Assembly (NCBI GenBank): GCA_964016885.1
Contig: OZ024743.1
Span: 202,120,001-202,184,000 of the forward strand
Origin: Eledone cirrhosa
Taxonomy: Eukaryota
Length of the DNA stretch: 64,000 nucleotides
Reading direction: 5' to 3'
The notes beneath the pieces were generated by a model that worked only from the letters and a program-made list of their open reading frames with translations, did no database searches and had not been told where the DNA came from. Each line of letters opens with the position of its first letter. Position 1 is the stretch's first letter. This document shows, in pieces, positions 1-15,130 of the stretch. Made by a program: the position numbers and the translations under genes.

Positions 1-50
<50 letters not shown>

Positions 51-796
51 CATTCTGTTCGTGTGATATACAGTAGTTAGTGTTTGTGATTTGAGGAGGA
101 TTTCGTTTTTATTTCTATCATAGAAGGGCTTCATGAGCCCCTCATTGCCGTTTGTTGTTATTTGATGCAAATTGATATTGTTGAAGGTGTTTCTAAATGT
201 GTTGCCAGACAATGATTATGCCCCTACATACAAGGTTGTAACGGCAGAGAGAGAGAGAGAGAAAGAGAGAGAGAGGGCAGGAAGAAAGAGAGAGAAACAG
301 AGAGTGAGAGAGGGTGAGAGAGAGAAACACTAGTGTAACTACTGTTGTGTATTTCAGAATATTCCAATGTTTTTGACAAATGCAAGGGCATAATTGTGCA
401 TTATGATATGTTTTGAACTAAGATGTTGATGCATTTATTTCCCATATTTATATATAACCAGATATATCGTCATAGATATTATATACATTAAAAAAAAAGT
501 ATTGTTCAGATCGCTGCAAAATTTTCCTTTTTTTCGTGATTTTGTAAAGAGATTATTCAGCTTGAATGAAAAAAATAATGTGTTACAGCATGCACACACG
601 GACATATTTACACATTGAGAAACATCAATTCAAAGCGTTCAAAAGGAATATTATGTAACAGTTTCTCTTGCTTATACATTTCATAATACTCCAAGCTTTG
701 TTACAAATATAGGAGAACAATTTTGCATTTTGCCATACTTTTAACTGATATGGTTTCATTCTGATTTCTTTACATTTATTTTACAAAATGACGCAC

Positions 797-894
<98 letters not shown>

Positions 895-1106
895 CATCAG
901 TGATTTGCCAACGATCATTGGTATTTCATCGCATTAAAAATCATATACCTCACGTTGGTGCGACAATAACTAAAATAAGTTATTGGGACAATTGAAACGC
1001 GTAAAGCGAGTGAGACAAGTTAATGCGATGAAATACCAATGATGAGGGACTCATTTTATAACAGTGTAATCCATGTGCAACCATGCAGTATTCTTCTCCC
1101 CATATT

Positions 1107-1197
<91 letters not shown>

Positions 1198-1219
1198 TTT
1201 ATATACATAAACATTTATA

Positions 1220-1266
<47 letters not shown>

Positions 1267-1799
1267 ACCTTAATGTGACAAGGGTTTACAATTCCTAACT
1301 CCTATTAACCTAAGTATATATATATATGTAAGTATGTATATACAAATGGAAGTTTAGTAAAATCGAAGCTTCGGCTGTAGGCAAGCCAACGAGATACAAT
1401 CATGAATTATGCAGCCAAACACTCCATGAGGAATCTCAGAGTAATAACATTCGTTATACGGCATGACAAATTGAAAACTGTGGCAGGCAAGACCAGCCGC
1501 GACACCGAAGCAACAAATAAACACCAACAATTTAATAAACAAACGTGGACCATCTCGGAGGCAGATCGTCGTTTCTCCGATAGGTTTCTATGAATTCAAA
1601 ATCAACAATCCTACTTGCGCAAGTATGCAAATTTTTGGTGTTTGAAGACCGAACTGAGGATTCTTGTTATCAACGGGTTTCCGTTCTTGACTCGGTGTGG
1701 TATGAAGTAGTAAGCCATTGTTGTTAGCAGCGGTTAATGCCTCAACTATCACGTGCTTTTTTCCAATAAGGAAAATATCCCCGGGTTTTTGGCGGGTAA

Positions 1800-2230
1800 A
1801 TTCAAAATGTGAACAAAATGTGAACAGTCCACTACAAAATAGATGCCTGGAATCAAGTATAGTGTACGTGTGTACGATCAAATCAGGCAACGTAGCATGG
1901 CACTACTCAGGTTCTACTGCTGAGGAATTAAAAAAAGATGGTATGTAGATAGACATTCTATAAAAAAAACCGTAGACTAGAGAACTCCACGACCCTGGCC
2001 AATAAGATCTGGCAGCTTAAGGACATCAACCAGGAATATGAGATTAGCTGGTCGAAGTTATCGAGTTGAAAAGCCTACAAAAATGGAATGTCCCACTGCG
2101 GATTTTGCAATATGGAGCTGCTCCATATTTAAAGTATGATAAAATGCTGCTTAACAATAAAATAGAACGATCAATTTTCTCTAGGCACAAAGCAGCTACC
2201 AAGTTCTCTAACTTCAAACCAGCATGATTC
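1800..2230 (+). pseudogene. Decayed Penelope-like GIY-YIG endonuclease remnant
   Basis: Frameshifted translation NSPLQNRCLESSIVYVCTIK..HYSGST..KRWY..NSTTLANKIWQLKDINQEYEISWS..AYKNGMSHCGFCNMELLHI..LLNNKIERSIFSRHK aligns by eye with the GIY-YIG end of the 58901 ORF (CPLKGNCLVNNIVYKC..YIGAT..NTTSLAEKI..W..CRLC..LLNKRQE..CNHK). Confidence 0.85.
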
Positions 2231-2889
2231 GATCCACCAATATCAGAATTCAAGCAGAACCCCCCGGGTTTTAATGTATTAGCTCCACACCACCCCATTG
2301 TTATTAGCTGGCAACAGACGAACTGGTCATTAAATCAACATCATAAATCTCCCAAACTTTCTTTCTCTATATAGCCGCATCACCTGCCAGATATTAACAA
2401 CCACCCATATATCATCACTGCCCCTTTCACTTTTTATTCTCTATCTATCTATCTAATCCATCCCCGTCCTTAGTCCTCCTTATCCTCACTCTCTGTCTCC
2501 TGTCCCTTATATCTTCCTCTCTTATTTATTTATTTATTTTTTATTTTTTATTTTTTTAAATTTTAAATTTAATCCTCTGAGATTTGATTATACCTCTTGC
2601 ATTTATACTACACATATTTCGTATTTCTTTCATGTTATTGTTATCTTTACCGTCATCAATATTTTACTACACTTACCACTATAACTTCAACTACCACCAC
2701 CATCACCAGTAATATTATCAGCAATCGTATTCTGTACTTATTTTTTGCTTATTTTTTACATCTTTATCATTTTCATTCTAACTTCTTTATTATTATCTTT
2801 TATTATCTTTTATTATTGATGGTATTGTTTTCATTCACTTGATTCTCCGATGTATCTATACATACCAATGCCGTGTGTTACACCCTCCA

Positions 2890-3000
2890 GTATTCCGATG
2901 ATTTGATCAGAGAGACACATTGTATTTAAGGTCGAATGATGCAACTTCGAGTGATTATCGGCCTTTAGACTCCCCTGATCAATGAAACAATTGTTAATAC
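2890..3000 (+). ncRNA. Type I hammerhead-like motif in PLE 3' end; variant core CCGAUGA, ~82-nt stem II
   Basis: gtatt-CCGATGA-tttgatcag...ctgatcaat-GAAA-c-aatt-g-TT-aatac; stem I gtatt/aatac, stem II ttgatcag/ctgatcaa, palindromic stem III. Confidence 0.7.
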
Positions 3001-3111
3001 AGTAAATAAAACACTTTTTGTACAGCCGACCATGTTATTTTTCACTCTTTCACTATATATATATATATTTGTTTTGTAAGGTTTTTTATGTGAAATCGTG
3101 TGTCGAAAAAA

Positions 3112-3420
3112 ATATTGTTATACTTGGGGAGGGTTATATTGTTGTAATGATATTGCCAGAAATAATAACAGAACGCACTCACTGTTTGGTTGGTTTTCGC
3201 TTCTGTATCTTTTATATTTGGCAATCAACGTTTATCATTGATGGACCAACGGTTAAAAATAGAGATATAAATATATATATAGTCTATCAATGTTCTTTCG
3301 TTGCACATCTGCAACATCATCAGTGGTACTATTATGTTTCCTCCTGTTGTATTGCATGTGTACGCCATTTTTATTTTATTTATTTATTTATTTATTTTCT
3401 CTTGTCTCCATCTCTGCGCA
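3112..3420 (-). mobile_element. Short hammerhead-bearing repeat (PLE pLTR/retrozyme-like); decayed hammerhead at 3285-3328
   Basis: Minus strand CTGATGA-t-gttgca-gatg-tgcaac-GAAA-gaac; homologous to 20530-20827; shares 3' end ccctccc(c/a)aagtataacaata with 17175 and 42955 copies. Confidence 0.6.
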
Positions 3421-4120
3421 TGTTTTTGCGTGTGTGTATAATGTTTGGTGTGTGTGTTCGCGTTTGAGTGTATGTCTTTTTGCTTTAGTATTCTATCTTT
3501 GTTTACTAGTGTGTGTTTATATGTGTTTGTTGTAATTGTACCTGTGTCTATATTTATTTATTTATTTATTTATTTATATTTCCCTTAAGTTAGTATTGGT
3601 TGTTTGGGTATTGTTGTTGTTGTTATTCCCTTCGGATTTATTGTATCTGTAATCTAAAGGGCCAAACTTTATGTCATACAGAGGATGACGTTAAGCGCAC
3701 ATATGTTGGAAAATGCTAACCTATGTACAGGTTATTTGGACCAGCAGGCACATCCGTTAATTGAACGGCCCGAAACTGAAAGTGGTCTATTCCAGTTATT
3801 TACAGAAATACATTAATATTCATAAATGTAAATATGAGTTATATTGCATAATAATAATATTTGATTTGTTTGCAAGCAAAGGCCTCACTATGCTATACTT
3901 TGATTTTGTGACTATCGTCATCCGTTTGATCAACAGTAGCATTTCGCTACAGCAAACATGTTTCTGGCTCATTTCCCTTCATCAGGACTATATAACTTTA
4001 TGCTACACAATTGTAGAAATCTAATATTATTACGACGTGATGAAATAAAGCAGCATTATTGCACTAGCGTAATTTCTGGCCTTGTGTCAAAAGTAGAAAC
4101 ATTATTATTATATAAAGAGC

Positions 4121-4339
4121 GGCGGATTGGCAGTATCGGTAGGGGGTCGGACGCCATGCTTTGGCGCATAGAGTTAAAGCCCTTTCCATGCTGAGTTCAA
4201 ATTCCATCGAGGTTAACTTTGCCTTTCATCCTTACGGGTCGATAAAATAATGTACCAGTCACGCACTGGGGTCGATTTAATCGACTTTCCCCTCCCCCGA
4301 ATTACTGGCCTTGTGCTTATATAAGAAATCATTATTATT
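4121..4339 (+). mobile_element. tRNA-derived SINE
   Basis: A box tggcagtatcgg, B box gagttcaaattcc, core tttgcctttcatccttacgggtcgataaaataa, (ATT)n tail; many copies in window. Confidence 0.85.
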
Positions 4340-5508
4340 CGTTATAATTGATATCTACATTTATGTAATCTGCTATGCTAGAACGTAGAATCTAATTCCA
4401 ATGTTGCCATTAATATTCAGATTTCTGTAAAATGATTATTTGTTCGTATGACATTTTAGAATTAACTTTTGTTTTGAATGGAAAAAGAATTGACGACGAT
4501 GTTAAATCTGGTTCAGCCTAATCCAATAGATATATGATAACAGACAGTCCAGTTGTAGCCACCCTCTTTTATTTGTATAAATATGACCGTTAATCGTTCA
4601 AATTACTGCTTTTGTCAGGTATTTCATTCGCGACCATACACAACGTCAGAGTTACGTCATAGTAATTTTGCTAGGAGATTTTTAATTATAGTTCCCATGG
4701 AAAGAATGAAATTGATGTAATGAATCGTTATAATTTAACGTGTAACTGAATATATGAAATTACGTTAGGGAGGCCTAATATGTCTAACAGATATCAGAAA
4801 ATTTCGATGACAACACCCACTCTTTATGCCTACATCTAATCTAATATCATATAAACAGCATGCCTTTGTTTATAGAGGTAATAGAAACAAGATGTATTTC
4901 ATTTGCGCAGTTATATATGCAATCATATACATATGCATATTTATAGTCATATGAACATAGATATGTATATTAATGTTTAGATTACTGTCAATTTCTTATT
5001 TCTGGTATGAGGAATGATGATACATTTTGTATAAAAATAAAGAGAAATCGGTGTTTAGATCCAAGTCAGCTTCATCCAGAATATCTATGATTAAATCAGA
5101 GTTGTGACAATCCTCTGTTTTTCTTTATCTCTGACTAGTATTTCGAATGTGTCCTTATATTTTTAAAACAGGAGGGCATGATTTCAAGAGAATTTTGCTT
5201 GGTAGTTCTATGATTCTGTTAGTTATTCAGCTGTAAATGGTTTTTGAAAAATTATATGTTGGATATAACTCCATGAGCAAATTGAAATAATTGAAGGTGG
5301 TTCTGAACGTATTAACTTAAAATTGTGTATCGTATGCTGTTCCACCAGAGACGTTTGACCGAGAGGGAAATTTTCAACATCGAGATTTTATAACTTCTGC
5401 AAATTAAATTGTCGTGTAAATGGAGTCCCAATTTATCCCCAGGCAATAAGAACATTATTTAACTCTCTCTCTCTCTCTCTCTCTCTGTATATATATATAT
5501 ATATATAT

Positions 5509-5576
<68 letters not shown>

Positions 5577-6595
5577 GTATATAAGGATATATATATTTAT
5601 TATTTATATATATCAACTAGAAATTGATTGACATATATATATATATATCTAAAATAAACATATGAAACAATCACGGAATAATTTGTAAAAGTGTGTATGC
5701 ACACATAGCTAGGTAGGTAACTAATTAAAGTTTAACTAGAACTTTAAAAATAGATACCTTATAAATTGATTAATCTTCCTTGTAAATATTTCATTGAAGA
5801 AATATATTTCACCATCAATCGATCGGTAAGCCACAGTAGCCAAAATTACGGATTTTCAACAAGGGAGAACATTTAACTATCTGTGTTTACACAGCAAATT
5901 CAAATCTGCGAATGACTAGCAGCACGTGTTGCATTTTTTTAAAATACACACATCGTACCAGCTTCATCCCAGTGGCGTGAGTAGGGTTATCGACAACTAG
6001 AAATAGCAGCCGAGTCCTTTCAACTGAGTTAGCTCTACAATTAAGGGGCTGTATATATATCCAAAATTAAATTAAGGGTGTCATTTCATAGAAACATGCG
6101 CCATATCCACTGTAGAATATTCTCCAAGATTCCAATAAATAGATCCGAGCATTTTATATCAACTAGAAATTGATTGACATATGTAATGTTACAGAAACAA
6201 TTATCACACTACATCCACCATAAACTCATAATTTTAATATACAAACATCTTTGTCTGCTTGATATGCTTGTAGAGCTGTGTAATTTTATGTGATACCTTT
6301 GCCATACAGTAATTATATATGCCTAGTACTATTGTTTGTTTCATACCTACCTGTCCTGAATATGCCTAACGCATTTGCACTCCCTATACGCTTGCATATG
6401 TTCTGTTAATGTCCTTGTTTTACGAGTAATTTTCTACCTTAATGTCTCTTTAATTATTATACTATTCTCTTGTAATCTCTGTCACATCCATTTCACTTTG
6501 TAAATATGAAACTGTTGATGACAAGATTAATATCCATGTATCTATATGATTGTTCAGTTGAATAGGAAGTTAATTATATGTCCAAACTTTGCTAG

Positions 6596-6641
6596 TGCTA
6601 TGATGGATCCAAACGAAAGTTGGAAGAAACGATTGTCAGCA
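6596..6641 (+). ncRNA. Decayed hammerhead motif
   Basis: tgct-ATGATGG-atccaaac-gaaa-gttggaa-GAAA-cgattg-TC-agca; stems I and II pair, 5' core is mutated. Confidence 0.45.
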
Positions 6642-7467
6642 ATAAAATGATTTGAACATAGTTTTGATTATTGTGTAAATTATATTCCTGCTCTGTAAAA
6701 CATCTGATGAACTAATTTTCTTACTGGTAATAACGTAGTATTGAATTACTGACCTTTCCTGTTTATAGTTGCATATAGTGTATATATAACTATAAATAAT
6801 AATTTTATTATTATTATATATATATATATATATATTCTCACTTGCTATGAAATAATCAGTCCTTTTTTCTGAGGAGTCTCTTGATAAGCCGTATGAGCTT
6901 CTCAGCCTTGATGCATTTTTATGGGAAAAAATAGGTATATTTTTGGCTATTATTTCCTCATATTTTTCAATTTCATAAATAGCTCTGATTATTGAGTTAT
7001 TCTAATTATTTTGATTATTTTAGTTTTTTCGGTCATCGAGCAAAACTTGTTAAGTCGGACACCACACATATACATATGAATATGAGTGTATTTTGTTATT
7101 ATATTGTCCTAAACTCCCCTATGTTCGAGTTAACCCAAGAGTGTACTAACTGTTTTTTCTAGCAAATACGTTATTCGCTCAATGTCCAACTTACTACCCG
7201 TCTGTGACCACTGTATCACGTGTTTATTCCTCCCTCCACCACTAGAGTTGTTCTAAATGACTACGAACGCGTCTAAGAAACAGACCTTTTTCTGAGGGGG
7301 GGGGGGTCTCTTGATAAGCCGTATCAGCCTCACAGCATTGATGTATTTTTATAGTGCAGAATGTTGCACAATGATCGGTGAAACCACAGTCGGGACTTTG
7401 AAGCAAAAATAGGTATATTTTTGTCTGTTATTACCTCATATTTTGTAATTTGATATATACGTGTATA

Positions 7468-7579
<112 letters not shown>

Positions 7580-7660
7580 CTGTAATTCTTCATCGTAATG
7601 TATAGTTTCGTTTGTCATTATCACTTACATTTGTCGTATAGATGTGGATATATATATATA

Positions 7661-8580
7661 ATATAAAATAATTAAGTCAAATATATCAAATTTGGCTTCG
7701 TTTATTATAAATTATAGATATACTGCTATATATATTTCGGTGACAGCTATCATTGTTTGTGACCTCTTCAGGCAGTCCGAATTTGTGTGGGAGAGACAGG
7801 TACACATGTTGTTGAAGTGTGTTTTACTCCGTCAATACTCCTATATATATCCAGCTCCTGGTTGCGTTGTTATTTTTCTGAGGAACGGGAATCATATGAA
7901 TTAGAACAAACGAATTCCAGCGTCATAGGACACTCTCTCATCCCATTGGCCAGTTGTGAGAACATTCCTCAGTCAAAAGTCTATAGAAATTTTTCTGAGG
8001 CAAGACAATCTATTGTAGTTGTTTTTGTTTAAGTACAGGTGACCTTCTCCATTGTGTTGGTAGTGGTAGTGTTGTTAATGGGTCAGCTGGCAGGTCAGCT
8101 TTGGTTTGCTGCTGCTATGTTCAGAAGAATTTGTGTGTGTGGGTTGGCATTTATCCTGCCAACATAGACTTTTGACAGGGGAATGTTCTCACGACTCACC
8201 AAATGGATGAGAGAGTGTTCTATGACGCAAACATTCGTTTGTTCTAATTCATATGATTCCAGTTCATCAGAGAAATAACAACGCAACCAGGAGCTGGACA
8301 TATCGGAGTATTGACGGAGTAAAACACACTTCAACAACATGTGTACCTGTCTCTCCCACACCAATTTGGACTGCTGGAAGAGGTCACAGCCAATGATGGA
8401 TGTCATCCAAATATATAGAGCAGTATATCTATAAATGATAATTTATAATAAAGGAAACCAAATTTGACATATTTGACTTAATTATTTTACATTACTACGG
8501 AGTAAACAAACCAACCTGCGTACTTCGTCGAGTGCTCCAATCTGCATACTGACGTGTTGGTAAACAACCATCATATACTA
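7661..8580. mobile_element. Head-to-head inverted pair of a hammerhead-bearing PLE-type 3' end
   Basis: 7661-7985 is the reverse complement of 8163-8490; both outer ends abut (TA)n; same family as 45880-46572. Confidence 0.8.
7722..7776 (-). ncRNA. Type I hammerhead, intact core
   Basis: actgc-CTGAAGA-ggtcaca...tgtcacc-GAAA-tatata-TA-gcagt; decayed mirror copy at 8370-8424 (+). Confidence 0.8.
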
Positions 8581-8654
<74 letters not shown>

Positions 8655-9138
8655 TAACAGATTAAAGTTTAAGCAAAGAATCGCAGCTTTCTCCCTTAAC
8701 GGGATCTTCTGAAACTAACAAAGTCAATCTGTAAACGCAGAAGTGGATATTAGAGAGAGAGAGAGAGAGATAGAGAGAGAGAAATAAAGATAGGAAGATA
8801 GGGAGAGGGAGAGAAAGAGGGACAGAGAGAGGGGATAGAGAGGGGCAGAAAGTGAGAAGCGCGCATATTTGTGTGTTTTTTAGTGAGCACGGATAAGTTT
8901 ATAAATGAATTGATGAATAGAAAATTATAGTAAACATGTGTAAAATTCAACAGAGAAATGATTTAGACCTCAATGCAAATTTTTCGTTAAATTACTTTTT
9001 TATATAAATCTTTATTTCGAAACAATAAATTCATTCTTTCTTGATTTATTTTTTTCACAAGAAATCACATAGGAAATGAGAAAATAAATTTTGGATTAAT
9101 ATCGAAAAGTATTCCCGTTTTGTTATTCGTTCAATGTA

Positions 9139-9180
<42 letters not shown>

Positions 9181-9235
9181 AATCAGGAAAGAAGATTGAC
9201 ATGGTTTGCAATACAAAAAAGCTTTTTAATCTCAT

Positions 9236-9343
9236 TGCTGACAATTGTTTCTCTTAACTGGTAGGTCTAGAGATCGCTATTCGCTTGTTTTCACGTTACT
9301 CGATCGCCAATACCAAATTATAACCAGTCAGTTCTTCGGAGCA
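9236..9343 (-). ncRNA. Type I hammerhead-like motif; variant core CCGAAGA, ~81-nt stem II
   Basis: tgct-CCGAAGA-actgactgg...ccagttaaga-GAAA-c-aatt-g-TC-agca. Confidence 0.7.
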
Positions 9344-9760
9344 TGCGAGAATGAAGAGAATATACAGGCATGAACGGAATATACAGGCTACTATATGAAG
9401 TACTAATGGCATTCAGTTAGAATAATAACAACAATTACAACAATGCTAGTAATAAATTATTTGAGGAGACCCTGACATTACATTAGGTGGGGGGGGGGGG
9501 GGTATAGTGTATCTAAGATTTCGGCGTGTAAAACTAGCTGACATAAAGCAGAAGTATAAGTTTGGACTAATATCGAAAAGTATGCCCGTTTTGTTATTCG
9601 TTCAATGTATATATATATATATGTATATATATGTAGGAGGTGAGTTTTATTGTAGTACGATAAAGCAATGCAGATATCGGATAAGAAGCACTCTACAGTT
9701 TGTGGGACTGTAGTATACATAATATATAAGGACAAAAGATGGTTAAAGGAGTTCCATATA

Positions 9761-9827
9761 TTTTATTATGCGCATTTCAAAAACAAATATCATCATGCAA
9801 TAATATTTGTGTTTTCATCAGATAAAA
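9761..9827 (-). ncRNA. Type I hammerhead, intact (inverted pLTR copy)
   Basis: ttttat-CTGATGA-aaacacaaatattatt..gatgatatttgttttt-GAAA-t-gcgc-a-TA-ataaaa. Confidence 0.85.
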
Positions 9828-10810
9828 CAGGAAGACATGATATGAAGGCTAAAAAACACTTGTGGATAGTTCAGTTTTAAATCAACATATGAGAAGTTGT
9901 TTTAGATTGATGTGTGATATTGGGAAAAATATTTTATTTAGAGGGGGGGTGGAAAGGATGAAAAAAAGAGGAGCAGATGAGAGTGAAGGTGGAGAGGGAG
10001 GAGTATAGGGAGGAAGGATGAGATAGGAGGAGAGATGGGTGATAGAGAGAGAGAGATTGTTTTTATAACTGAGAAAGATATATTGTTTTACATAGAGAGG
10101 TTGAAAACCGTTGGAAGATAATGTATAAATTAAAAGAATTTGTAAATTAACGTAGAGAAAAAGAAAAAAATATGTGCGAAGAAAGTGAAGGAGTTAATAT
10201 GTATTGAGAATAATGAGTTAGATGATAGGGAGAAAAGAATAATGAATTGCGGATGAATATTCTAACGTCAAAAAAAATTGTATATGTTTACGAAGGATTT
10301 TTATAAGGTGATATGGAGTAAGAATGTGTTGTATTATGTAATAATTGATTCTATGTTAGGCAAGAGTGAGAAAAGGTACAGATTAGGGGTTGGATATTAG
10401 AAGAGAAGAAAAGGAAGTGATAAATATGGGTGATGTAGAAAGAGTAAAACAGGTATTATAGAAATTTGAAAATTAACGAAGAGAAAAATAATGTAAAGTT
10501 AAGGTTTGTATATTGAAGGATTTGAGAAAAATAATGTAAAGTTAAGGTTTGCATATTGAAGGATTTGATAATATGTGCGAAGAAAAATAAAATGTTAATA
10601 TGTATTGAGAATAATGAGTTAGATGATAGGGAGAAAAGAATAATGAATTGAGGATGAATAATCTAGCGTCAAAAAAAATGTATATGTTTACGAAGGATTT
10701 TACAAGGTGATATAGAGTAAGAGTAATGAGTAAACAAGTATTATAGAATGTATAATAACCTTTGAAATAAGGTAGAAAGATGGGTATATTTTTAAAAGAA
10801 GTGTATATAT

Positions 10811-11521
10811 TCCAACATTTCCAACATTATCTCTAAACACAACAATAAAATACTAAATACTAAATCTCTTCCTTCCAACACTGAATTTCATAATAATAGT
10901 ACTCCCGACGTCATTGTAAACCCTAGGCTAATTTCTACAAACCCAAATACAACGTCAAACACAACTTCGCTAAATGTTCATAATCCCACTCTAAATCAAG
11001 AAACTATTATTCCTATCGCAAACAACTTCTCCAATCCAATTCCTTCTATAGATAACACTAGGTCACTCATGAATAATCTCTCTAATTGCAATTGCAATTG
11101 CCCTATTAAAAATAAATGTCCTCTCAACAACCATTGTCTTGATAAAAACTTAATTTACAAATGTAAAGTTATAACTGACACCAATTCCTTCACCTATTTT
11201 GGCTCCACTTCCACCTCTTTTAAAGCTCGTCTTTATAACCATCATTCATCTTTTAAATACAAACTTAAAAGAATCAACACGGCTCTCTCAGAACTCATAT
11301 GGTCCTTGAAAGACAAAAACATTAAATATAGCATCTTTTGGAAGAAGGTTTCTTCTGCGTCTACATACTTGAACAGTTCTCTATCTAAAATCTGCAATCT
11401 CTGTCTAAATGAAAAATTTACCATTATCTCTAATCTAGATTCTATAATAAATAGACGCACTGACTTGTTTTCTATCTGCTTGCATAAATTCCATAAAACA
11501 TTTCACAAAGTATACAGCTAA
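10811..11521 (+). CDS. C-terminal linker plus GIY-YIG endonuclease of a Penelope-like element (5' truncated)
   Basis: Frame is open from the inversion junction at 10811 (SNISNIISKHNNKIL...); CNCNCP..CPLNNHCL..LIYKC..YFGST..FKARLYNH..CNLCLNEK..CLHK. Confidence 0.88.
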   Translation, partial: SNISNIISKHNNKILNTKSLPSNTEFHNNSTPDVIVNPRLISTNPNTTSNTTSLNVHNPTLNQETIIPIANNFSNPIPSIDNTRSLMNNLSNCNCNCPIKNKCPLNNHCLDKNLIYKCKVITDTNSFTYFGSTSTSFKARLYNHHSSFKYKLKRINTALSELIWSLKDKNIKYSIFWKKVSSASTYLNSSLSKICNLCLNEKFTIISNLDSIINRRTDLFSICLHKFHKTFHKVYS

Positions 11522-12547
11522 TATTCAATTCTTTATCAATTTAGAATCTTTTTCTCAAAGGCACATATATACACTTCTTTTAAAAATATACCCATCTTTC
11601 TACCTTATTTCAAAGGTTATTATACATTCTATAATACTTGTTTACTCATTACTCTTACTCTATATCACCTTGTAAAATCCTTCGTAAACATATACATTTT
11701 TTTGACGCTAGATTATTCATCCTCAATTCATTATTCTTTTCTCCCTATCATCTAACTCATTATTCTCAATACATATTAACATTTTATTTTTCTTCGCACA
11801 TATTATCAAATCCTTCAATATACAAACCTTAACTTTACATTATTTTTCTCAAATCCTTCAATATACAAACCTTAACTTTACATTATTTTTCACTTCGTTA
11901 ATTTTCAAATTTCTATAATACCTGTTTTACTAATTATACATTACCCATATTTATCACTTCCTTTTCTTCTCTTCTAATATCTAACCCCTAATCTATACCT
12001 TTTCTCACTCTTGCCTAACATAGAATCAATTATTACATAGTACAACACATTCTTACTCCATATCACCTTATAAAAATCCTTCGTAAACATATACAATTTT
12101 TTTTGACGTTAGAATATTCATCCGCAATTCATTATTCTTTTCTCCCTATCATCTAACTCATTATTCTCAATACATATTAACTCCTTCTCTTTCTTCGCAC
12201 ATATTTTTCTCTTTTTCTCTACGTTAATTTTCAAATTCTTTTAATTTATACATTATCTTCCAACGGTTTTCAACCTCTCTATGTAAAACAATATATCTTT
12301 CTCAGTTATAAAAACAATCTCTCTCTCTCTATCACCCATCTCTCCTCCTATCTCATCCTTCCTCCCTATACTCCTCCTTCTCCACCTTCACTCTCATCTC
12401 CTTCTCTTTTTTTCATCCTTTCCACCCCCCCCCTCTAAATAAAATATTTTTCCCAATATCACACATCAATCTAAAACTACTTCTCATATGTTGATTTAAA
12501 CTGAACTATCCACAAGTGTTTTTTAGCCTTCATATCATGTCCTCCTG

Positions 12548-12614
12548 TTTTATCTGATGAAAACACGAATATTATTGCATGATGATATTTGTTTTTGAAA
12601 TGCGCATAATAAAA
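12548..12614 (+). ncRNA. Type I hammerhead, intact
   Basis: ttttat-CTGATGA-stem II-GAAA-tgcgca-TA-ataaaa, about 35 nt from the element 3' end. Confidence 0.85.
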
Positions 12615-12645
12615 TACATGGAACTCCTTTAACCATCTTTTGTCC

Positions 12646-15066
<2,421 letters not shown>

Positions 15067-15130
15067 GTATATATATATATATATGTATTTATGTGGCTAA
15101 TAAAGAAACATATATATATATATATATATA

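Noticed and set aside
3735-3790. ggacca..ccgtt/aacgg..GAAA..tggtct hammerhead-like geometry
   Set aside because: No CUGAnGA and no UH site
4121-4210. tRNA gene calls at SINE heads
   Set aside because: A and B boxes present but no cloverleaf; followed by SINE core and tail
6858-7445. Two related segments with CTGAGG(A/G)-gtctc and accttttt/aaaataggt pairing
   Set aside because: GAAA and stem III are missing or garbled; too decayed to count as hammerheads
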